The position numbers and the translations under genes are program-made. A stretch of DNA of 63,783 nucleotides, counting the filler, from Vannella sp. (Eukaryota): assembly GCA_023345925.1 (NCBI GenBank). It is 6 parts of 6 records of this genome, joined end to end, with 100 filler letters (N's around TTAATTAATTAA, not from the genome) between each part and the next. Parts side by side here need not be neighbours in the genome. Positions count along the whole stretch, not along the records: positions 44,961 to 55,986 come from JAJQQN010000054.1; positions 56,087 to 63,783 come from JAJQQN010001094.1; 4 more parts are not named here. One strand, given 5' to 3'. The notes beneath the pieces are model-generated. The model searched no databases. It saw only the letters and a program-made list of their open reading frames with translations, and was not told the origin of the DNA. This document shows positions 55,304 through 63,783 of the stretch, piece by piece. Numbering within the stretch: position 1 is the first letter of the stretch; each line of letters starts with the position of its first letter.

Positions 55304-55986
55304 CCAAATAGACCTTCTCCTTCTCCTTCTCCTTCTTTTGCTCTCTCAACCGTGGCTCTCACCTGAGACTAGTTGGAAAACAGAGGATTAATTGAGGAAT
55401 TCACTCTTCTCTCCAATTGATTGTCCAGACATGAGTCAAGTCCTTACCAGCGCCATTTAATAGGATTTAAATAGTTACCCAATGAGTTTTATTGTCCAAA
55501 AGGGTGCCTTGTGTTGGCACTTCACTTATCCAGGAAAAGTTGGACCAAAGTCTGCCAGAAGCGCATTCCCAAGGCGACCTTTAATCAACTTTCCCATGAA
55601 GATGGTCCAATAAACCTCCTTTTCTCCGAACATCTTGACTATTTTCAAAGCAATCCTCCACCCAGCCGGCTCTTCTTGAGCCTTCCTCGGATACAGGGCG
55701 GAAGGAGCGGGCAGGGCACTCTTCTTTCTGGATAGAAAACTCGTTTGATGAGAAAAGCCTTGAGACCCAAACGGTCAGGAAAGAAGTAATCGATAACTCC
55801 CCAATCGACATCAATCAAGCATTTTGGCATAAACGGTTTCTTGCTCCTGTTTGTGATGCCGCAATGGAACAAACATGTAAAGTCGAACACAGTTTCACCA
55901 GTGGCCTTCTCGACCAACTCCTCATTCAATGGCGAGTTGGAGAGAAGATGCCACACCAATGAAGGGACTTGCTAGGAGCTCCCGGG

Positions 55987-56086
55987 NNNNNNNNNNNNNN
56001 NNNNNNNNNNNNNNNNNNNNNNNNNNNNNNTTAATTAATTAANNNNNNNNNNNNNNNNNNNNNNNNNNNNNNNNNNNNNNNNNNNN
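55987..56086. other. Artificial contig linker
   Basis: N44-TTAATTAATTAA-N44. Confidence 0.98.
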
Positions 56087-56339
56087 AGCCTTTCAGCCAT
56101 TCGATTGCATGTCGAGAAGCGTCACGAGAGTAGGAATAGCGTTGATTTGATGATAGTGGTCCCTTTCCTACATACTCGACCTCAAAAGGAGCTCGTGGTG
56201 ACACGGACGGTCCAGGGAGTGAGTTCAAAGGCTGGCCCTCACCAGACAAGCTCCTTCAGAGTCCAGGTCGGTTGTGGCTCGACAGCAGTGGCAGTGAAAG
56301 GACAGGAATCACTTTATCATACAAATTCGGAAGGCTCCA

Positions 56340-57803
56340 TCAAAGGACGCGCCTTTTGTTCGGTGGCTCCATGACGGATGAAGCGGGCTCTCTCCTTCTC
56401 TTGATAGGAGAGAAGTTGGCTCCAAAATCGATCGACTCCTGCAAAAGAATGTCAATAGTGTGCTGGAAATGGAAGCAGCAGGACCATACCTCGCATTGGT
56501 GCCAGTATTCGAGGCACTGCCCTTCGTATTCCTTGATGGACTTAACGGCGTTGAATCCATCCTGACTCACATCGTCGTGGCGCACTTTAAAGGGTGTAAC
56601 TGGCAAAGGATCTGCTGAAGTAACGCTTTTTGCCCTCTGGGAGAGGATGGCAGCGTCTGGTCGAGGAGGGGAAAACAGAAATTCACTTTCTGATGGCGTG
56701 AATAAAGGACCCAAGGAGAGTGTCCGGCTACTCGTTTCAAGAAGCTCTGTGTTGGTATCATGGTTCTCAGACTCTTGTTGAAGAATGTCGGTGAAGGTTG
56801 CTTCAAGAGAAGGAGTCAATCCCAGGGAAGGAGTGAAATGGAGCGATGGTGTGGGAACCAAGACAGGCGTGCTGGGTTGCATCGCAGCTGCTTGTTGTGC
56901 TGGGGAGAGGAAGGAGTACTCCAAATGGACTGCACCTGAGCTGCATTGCAAAAGAGTGTAGATCTTGCTGATTACAACAGTGCGGTCCTCTTCTTGCCAG
57001 GAAAAGTGGGTTTGTCGCACAACACCGTTTCCTTTGGAAGATGCGTATAATCTGATGGACATTCCATCTTCCAACGCTGCTTTCCAACGCTGCCGAAGGT
57101 GGCTGAGCAGCGAGCATACTTTCTTGGCTTTGCTCACAGTTAGGCTGTCTGGCATGTCAGTCCTTCAACTCACACTCTCAAAGGATTGACATGTCACTTA
57201 CGAGAGCTTACAGTTGTAGCCAAACTTGCCCATTTGAGTCATTGTGCCCTCTTCTTTCGGTGACAACTGAACCTTGAACTTTGCTGGAGGGAGAGCTTGG
57301 TTCTGTTGACTGAGAAGCTGAGATGCAATCTTAGCGCTGTCTTTCCTGAAGCTACTGTCAGTGTCCCATCTGGCGCTATAATGGAGGTAAGCGAGCTCTT
57401 ACCGGTACCGATAGATCAAGTGAACCAGCTGGAGGTCCTGTTCAGGCTTCAGAACAGGGAATAAATGGTACTGCTTCGATCCTTTCGAACGGTCGGCCAA
57501 GTCCCAGAGACACCCAAGGGTGAACTGAACTTCGGTTTCGTCTTCTGTGGAGGGGACATTGTGCGCTCTCCAGAAGAGCTCCAAGGTAACCTGAAGGTAC
57601 ACATACGCTCGTTCGATCTACACTGTATCAGAACCAGCTCAAGCAGCAACGAGGGTGAAGTGAGGTGAGCTAACCTCCGATAGATTCTGAGAGGGAACAG
57701 CCACTTGAGCCAAAGGAGCAAGTCTCCGCCCCACCCCAATGCGGACACAATCTTTGAGGCGCTCTATCTCTAGCGAGCTCCAGTCTAGGAAGTTTTCAGC
57801 CAT
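56340..57803 (-). CDS. Cramped/CRAMP1 / plant TKI1-like nuclear protein, multi-exon
   Basis: Spliced KFKVQLSP..GYNCKLS|LTVSKAKKVCSLLSHLRQRW and ISKIY..LEYSF resemble the conserved TKI1/Cramped domain. SANT-like WS..E at the N-terminus; C-terminal NLS PNKRR. Confidence 0.6.
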
Positions 57804-57959
57804 GACCAGACCTCTTAAGGCGCCAACAAAAAGTAAACGGTAAACAACTTTACCGCCAACAAGTGGAAAATTCCAAAAATTCCTGGAAATGTTGAATTAT
57901 TGGTTGGCACTTTTTTGGCTCCGTCTGTGTTGCGACACCTCGTGCGCCCTTAGCTGTTT

Positions 57960-58143
57960 GGTCGATTTGGCGTGAGGGTTGTGGTTTAGCTGATGGCTTG
58001 TGGGTGAGGGGTCTCACACCACTTGAATCACTCAGGTTTGATGTAATGCTTTGTGAATCTTACGAATAGCAGCCTTTCCAAGGCCTCATTCCTGCAATCA
58101 TCCATCAAAACAGTTTCCTTGCACAACCTCGCCAATCATGGCC
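57960..58143 (+). ncRNA. Candidate ~185-nt rod-shaped structured RNA with a branched tip, probably in a PLD 5'-UTR intron (57942-58169)
   Basis: Colinear nested complementary blocks: GGTC/GGCC, GATT-GGCG/CGCC-AATC, AGG-TTGTG/CACAACCT, GTTT/AAAC, TGATGG/CCATCA, TTGTGGG/CCTGCAA, TGA-GGTCT/AGGCCTCA. Confidence 0.55.
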
Positions 58144-58197
58144 TCCCTCTCTCTTCTTCCTTGTTGTAGACTATTTCTTCAAACTTTTCAGAATTGA

Positions 58198-60658
58198 ATG
58201 GAAGACATCCCGGGAGATTTGGTGCAGCATTCTATTATATATTGTGCCATTATTATTCTATCTGTCGTTGGGCTTGGAGGTAATGGCGGCTCCTCGTGAG
58301 GTGGACATGCCTGGAGATGATGTTTTCTTTGGAGGAGAGGACGTTGGAGAACTAGAGACCGACACTTTCGAGTATTACGGGAATGAGAGCGTCTCTGTGG
58401 TGGACGTGTTTGAGGATGGCGAAGGAGAGAGCCCCTCATTAGATGGTGTCGGTCGCAAGAGGATTCAAAGCACCTTCCGTCCCATGTTACGTCCACCCAC
58501 TCTCTCTTTCTTTGAATCAGCCACTTTCGAGCATCTAGCCAAGGAAGAGGAGCGCCTTGCCGCCCAGCTTGGAGCTACTTCCGCAAGCACCGCAGAAGCC
58601 CTAGCAATGGACCCGACCAAAGCAGGTCATCGGTACAAATCGTTCACTCCTCTCCGCGATGGCTGCCATTGCCAGTGGTTTGTCGATGGTAAAGACTTCT
58701 ATGCTCATCTTGCTGACACTCTTGAGCTGGCTGAGGTATGTGAATGGGATACTAAGCCTTTTACACCCACTAAGCTAGCTTAGTCAGAGATCTTCATCAC
58801 TGATTGGAGCTTCAACCCGGAGTTGTATCTTCGAAGGGACCAAACGGAGAGCTCTGCAGACAGCAGACTGGATCATATCTTACAGAGAAAGGCAGCTCAA
58901 GGTGTTATGGTCTATATCATCGTGCGTCACTCTACTCAAGCTTGTCAGGAACTCATTGATGGGCTCTTTAGGTCTGGTATGAAACGCAGCAGGCCATGCA
59001 GGGCACTGTAAACAGCTCCCATACACTTAAAGCGATGGAGGTATACATACATTCAATAATCTCACTCCCAATCGGCTCTAATACCAGCCTATCAGAGCCT
59101 GCACCCAAACATTCATGTGCTTCGCCACCCCGGTGGAACCACCAAGGTATTTTGGACCCACCATCAGAAGACAGTGATTATAGACCAACAGTATGCATAC
59201 TTGGGAGGTATCGACCTGTGCTTTGGTCGATACGACACACAGGAACATCCTTTGAAGGACGAATGTCACCTCAGTTCCCAGTTCCCTGGGAAGGACTATT
59301 ACAATCCTTTCTACAAGGATTTTACAGAACTGGATCGCCCCTTTGTCGACTTAATTGACCGGACAACTCTGCCACGAATGCCTTGGCACGATATTCACTG
59401 TTATGTTGATCGAGAAGCTGCCAGAGACGTTGGGATCAGTTCGTTATCCTCTCTTTGTCCTGAATCAAATTAACCACGAAGGGTAGACTTTATGTTGCGT
59501 TGGAATCATCATCTCCAGAAGAAGGAGAAGAAGAATGAACCTCGCACTCTTGAGTATCCCTATCTTGGACTAAGCTCTGGTCCATTCTTGGATAGCAGCT
59601 TTCCTAAAGGAAACATGAGATGCCAGATACTTCGGTCTATGAGCAAGTGGAGCGGAGGGGTGGAGACCGAAAGATCAATCCAAAATGCCTACATCCATTT
59701 GATTGAGCACGCTGAGCATTATATCTACGTAGAGAATCAGTACTTCATTTCTGTGGAGAACTCTCTTACCGAGACACTCTTTCAACGCATATCCCGCGCG
59801 ATTCGTTTGAAGGAGACCTTCCGCGTTTTCATTCTTATCCCCCTTCACCCATGTGGAGACTGGCGCAACAAGAGCATTCTATTCGTGATGAAATGGCAGT
59901 ACGATACTATTTCTCGAGGTGGCAAATCTATCTTGGAACGCCTCGCTGCAGCCTACCCGACAGTTGACATCTCCCAGTACATCTCCTTCTTCTCTTTGCG
60001 AAATGTGGCAGAGCTCAATTACACTTGTGTCTCTGACCAAGTGTACATCCACAGTAAGCTTATGATTGTTGACGATCGCCAAGTCATCATTGGATCTGCC
60101 AACTGGAACGACCGCAGCATGAACGGTGACCGCGACTCTGAAATAGCCATTCTTGTCGAAGATAACCGCTATGTTGAATCTTGTATGAATGGGCAATTCT
60201 TCTTGGCCAGTCAGTTTGCCATCACCTTGCGCAAATCTCTTTTCCTTGAGCATTTGGGACTCCCCAGAGAACAGGAAAGCACTATTCAAGATCCAACTGT
60301 GCATTCTACGTACAATACCATTTGGAAAGCAACCGCATTTGAAAATCTTCACCATTACACGACCATGTTCCCCACAGCAATCAGTAACAACTTTGCCACA
60401 ATGGCGGTAAGCGCGGCTCCTTCTTGCCAGCCCTTTGGTTTCGCCTAACCCCCCTTTCTTCAGCAACTAAGTGAAACGGAAACACATTTGCTTTCTCTCA
60501 GTGTGGAGAAGCGCAAAGAGAAGAATCAGTCAAATCTCCAGTTGATGAAGAAGATTCGAGGTCACTTGATTCCCTTCCCTCTAGACTTTCTTAAAAACGA
60601 GAAACTGGACTCGGGAATAGAAAAGGTGCTCCTCCCCATCCCAAAAATCTTCCATTGA
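58198..60658 (+). CDS. PLD: Phospholipase D (PLD1/2-type, two HKD motifs, no PX/PH), multi-exon; start at 58198 or 58283
   Basis: WFVDGKDFY, IFITDW, HHQKTVIID..GGIDLCFGRYD, PRMPWHD, YIYVENQYF, YIHSKLMIVDD..GSAN.NDRS..RDSE. Confidence 0.93.
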
Positions 60659-60881
60659 GGAGGATTGAACAGACACTCCTGCTAAATTCTCTTTCTCTCT
60701 TAGCCATCAGCGTGGGCCTCCAATAATGATCATAATGGCGATACCTCCGATCTTGCAAGATCAGGAAGCGTGCTACTGCCGTCCGACTCCAACGCGCCAG
60801 CGGATTGGATGGTGAAATGAGATTCCGTGGGGTTGGACCAATCCTTTTGGGGTCATTCGGCGTTGGCCTGGTGCAAGGGAC

Positions 60882-62310
60882 ATGTCGCAGATCATGGCAA
60901 CCCAAGACACATCAGAGATGAGTGGATGGGAAGCTGAAGCGGAGTTGGATAGTGCGACATGGGCTACGTTGGAATCGGTTTCGCCCAGTTTGAAGCTCTT
61001 TTGCAAGGAGAACCGAGTTTACACTGTTGGAAGAGGTGACAAGAACGACCTTGCTATCAACAACCTATTCATATCCACGGTACACTGCCACATCCTGCGG
61101 GAAGATAGGCTGGTCTACCTCATCGACACCTCCTCGAATGGGACCTTCCTGGGGTGTGATCAGCAGGTTCTTCGGTTGGAAAGGAACGTCAGAAGGCTTC
61201 TCAACACTGGCGATAAGGTCATCCTCATCCCTGAAGGAGCCAGAGAGGGAGTACCGGGGTTGAGCTTCACTTTCATTCAAGAGCATCCCGAAATCCCTGC
61301 TCTGGAATCTTACTCGCTCGGTAGGAACATTGGCAGGTACATTAGACCTCTCTCTTCCTCTCTTGCTTGTCTACTGACGCCAGGGGAAGCGGAGCCTTCG
61401 CCAGTGTTCACATTGGCACCCACAAACAGTCCATGAGGACTGTGGCCATCAAGGTCATCAGCAAGGAGAAGTCCCAATGTACAGGAGACTACATGGAAGA
61501 GGTTCACATCCTTAGAAAGCTCGACCACATCGGGATCGTCGCGTTCGAGGCCGCCGAAGAGACTGAGAACGAGTTGTTCCTTGTTCTTGAGCAGTAGGCG
61601 TTCCCAAAGTACTCCTTACCCCTTCTCACATGCTCAGTGTTATGGGAGGCGAGCTCAGTGATGCTTTGAACCTCTACGAACAAGGCTATCTGCCAGAGAA
61701 CCAAGCGAGAGTGTACTTTCGACAACTACTCGATGTTCTGGACTATCTGCATAGTCTGAAGATCGTACATCGAGACCTGAAGCTTGAGAACATCCTATTC
61801 CAAGACGAGACCAAACGACAGATCAAACTCATCGACTTTGGCCTCTCCCGCACCATCGAGCACGGTTCCCTCTTCACAGCGTTCTGCGGGACACCAGAGT
61901 ACTTAGGCATGTGATAGTCTCCTTCCCAAAGCCCCAGAAAACTCACATCCCATCCCTCGTAGCCCCAGAGATACTGTGCGGGTCACAATCTGGATACAGC
62001 ATTCCGGTCGACATGTGGGCTGCTGGAGTGATTCTCTTTCTCTTGTTCGTAGTGCACTTACACTTGGTGTCATTGGATGATTCTGACGGGTGCATGGGCT
62101 AGATTATGCGGATTCTCTCCGTTTGTGCCGGAAAACGAGAATTCCGGATTGGTTTACTCGCGCGTTGAAAAAGGGACTTTTGAGTTTCCAGAAGACGTTC
62201 CTTTAACTCGGGAAGCGCGCCATCTGATCAAATCTCTTCTTACTGTAGATCCTACAAGGAGAATAACTGCTTCAGATGCATTAAAGCACCCTTGGGTGAC
62301 ACAAAAGTGA
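60882..62310 (+). CDS. FHA-domain Ser/Thr kinase (Chk2/Dun1-like); GC-AG intron 61907-61962
   Basis: FHA GR..IS..HC..D.SSNGTF; kinase G.GAF, VAIK, HRDLKLEN, DFG, GTPEYL|APE, DMWAAG; N-terminal SQ/TQ. Confidence 0.9.
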
Positions 62311-62396
62311 TTGTCTCTGACACAATCTGTACTAAATATGCCTTTGGGTATCTTCTAGCAACTCTACCAACTTGGACAAACATGAGGAAAGAGATT

Positions 62397-63488
62397 CTAA
62401 CGCTTCATGTTGATGGAAACAGAGATGGGAGCGCTTCCGCGTTTCTTGATGGCTTTCTGAAGATTCCTTGATGTTAGTCGTCAAGTCACTCTGGAATTCA
62501 TCTGCTTACTGTTGCTGTTGGTATTCCGAATGAGACTTTGGCTGCTCCTGGCGCAATGGAAGTGGCTCTGGAAGTCTCGGTGGATTGGATGACCCTTTTG
62601 GGGAAGTTTGTTACCGCTGATCCACTTCATGGCACTCTTGATGAGTCTTACCTTGCTGCTTCTATCTGCTCTTGAAGTTGCTGTTGCTCTCGGTCCTCTT
62701 GCTTCTTCCTTGATCGAGCTTTAGCCTCTGCACTTCTTTGGGGTTGGCTGTTGAGCGCTTCCTGCAATCGCTTGACGTGGTTGTGATCGTAGGAGGACAG
62801 ATGAACCTCGAACTCGCTTGTTCTCTTGTACTGCTTGTCACAGATCGAGCAGTAGAAGGGTCTATTCGCTTCGAGCACCCCACTCTTGATCGCTTCGAGT
62901 GCCTTTGCTTTCTCTACACGGCGGGCGAGCTCCTCCTGACTTTCATCCATCTCTGTAACAAGTAGCTTTCTCTTGACGTTATCTGCGGAGGTCCAATGCT
63001 CTTCTACTTGCTTCTGTCCGAGGCCAAGCTTGTCCGCTTTGTGCTCCACAGCAATGGGAGCGCGTATTCCTGTGCTATGCTTGCCTAAGCCTTTAGAGCC
63101 GTCCCATCCCATGTTCTTGAGTAGCTTGAACCCAATGTTGGAGCTGGAGAGAGGCGAGTCTGCTGCTTGGTCGCCCCATGCAGTGCCTGAACCTCCACCA
63201 AGCCCGCTGCGGGCCGTTTCGCTGGTGTCTTCGTCTTCTGTTGTGATAGTTGATTGGTCCCAGATATCTTCGGCATCAGAGATGCCCTTCTCCTCTTGGG
63301 AAGCCTACAAGAAAGTGCGGAAGACCTCCCGATAGTACCGAAGCAAGTAGAAGGTGTGGGAAGGCTCCTTCCAGCCACACCGAGCATCCTACCTTGAATC
63401 TCTCTCGGTTGGCCTCTCGAAAGCGCTCAAACTTGGCAGCACCAGCCAACTGCAACTGAGCGGGAGGGCCAACAGGGGGCCGGCTCAT
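62397..63488 (-). CDS. G-patch plus C2H2 zinc-finger protein (GPATCH8-like), multi-exon
   Basis: SSNIGFKLLKNMGW..GLGK..GI..PI..KLGLG and FYCSICDKQY..HLSSYDHNH; intron 63305-63392. Confidence 0.85.
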
Positions 63489-63783
63489 TCAAGGGCAAAT
63501 GGCTCTTGATGAGAGAGTTGGAATTGCAATGTTCTGCTTCTTGTTCGCACCAGAGTAAGCCGGTTCGAGCCCCAACAGACTTTCAATTTCCTTCTCCTCT
63601 CTGTTTGTCTCCTCCCTTTGCCTGCGGGCTCCTGCAAGAGACTTGGACCCTTCTTCCATAAGAATGTAGGACGATTCGTCAGATGAAAGGGCCCACAGAA
63701 CGAATCCTGACGGAGGCTGGGTTGTGATGGAAGTGATTCTCTTCATCAGTCATGATTATCGTCCTTTTCCGTTGCTACTGGCC

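Noticed and set aside
55330..56250. ORF fragments at the contig ends on either side of the last linker
   Set aside because: Truncated, interrupted by stop codons and without recognisable motifs.

Overview
This is eukaryotic nuclear DNA from a very compact protist genome. Gene content and signalling repertoire suggest an amoeboid or amoebozoan-like organism (inference). The window consists of six contigs joined by five artificial 100-nt linkers (N44-TTAATTAATTAA-N44), so adjacency across linkers means nothing. Genes are densely packed, with mostly 40-56 nt GT-AG introns (two GC-AG) and very short, often divergent, intergenic regions. About 35 protein genes are recognisable. Signalling and trafficking: F-BAR/SH3, class I PI3K, Ras, RGS, Rab GDI, PP2C, RhoGEF, PLD, FHA-kinase, HPS6-like. 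Nuclear and RNA: capping enzyme, Zn2Cys6 TF, SMYD, SET, ZNHIT2-like, Cramped/TKI1-like, G-patch, PPR. Other: F-box/MORN, RCC1-repeat, glutaredoxin, GPS-domain surface protein, MFS. The most notable observations are: (1) a 1699-aa membrane-anchored class I PI3K with a RasGAP domain apparently inserted inside its adaptor-binding (ABD-like) domain; (2) three unannotated, strongly base-paired non-coding elements (1625-1729, 14369-14593, 57960-58143) that match no RNA family I recognise, plus an intronic C/D snoRNA complementary to the 18S central-pseudoknot region; (3) over-long introns contain fold-back stems that return their effective length to near the modal size; (4) an uncharacterised two-member M(A/S)GWFS protein family; (5) a fused tunnel-type triphosphatase/guanylyltransferase capping enzyme. 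All family calls come from motif recognition by eye; no searches or folding programs were run.
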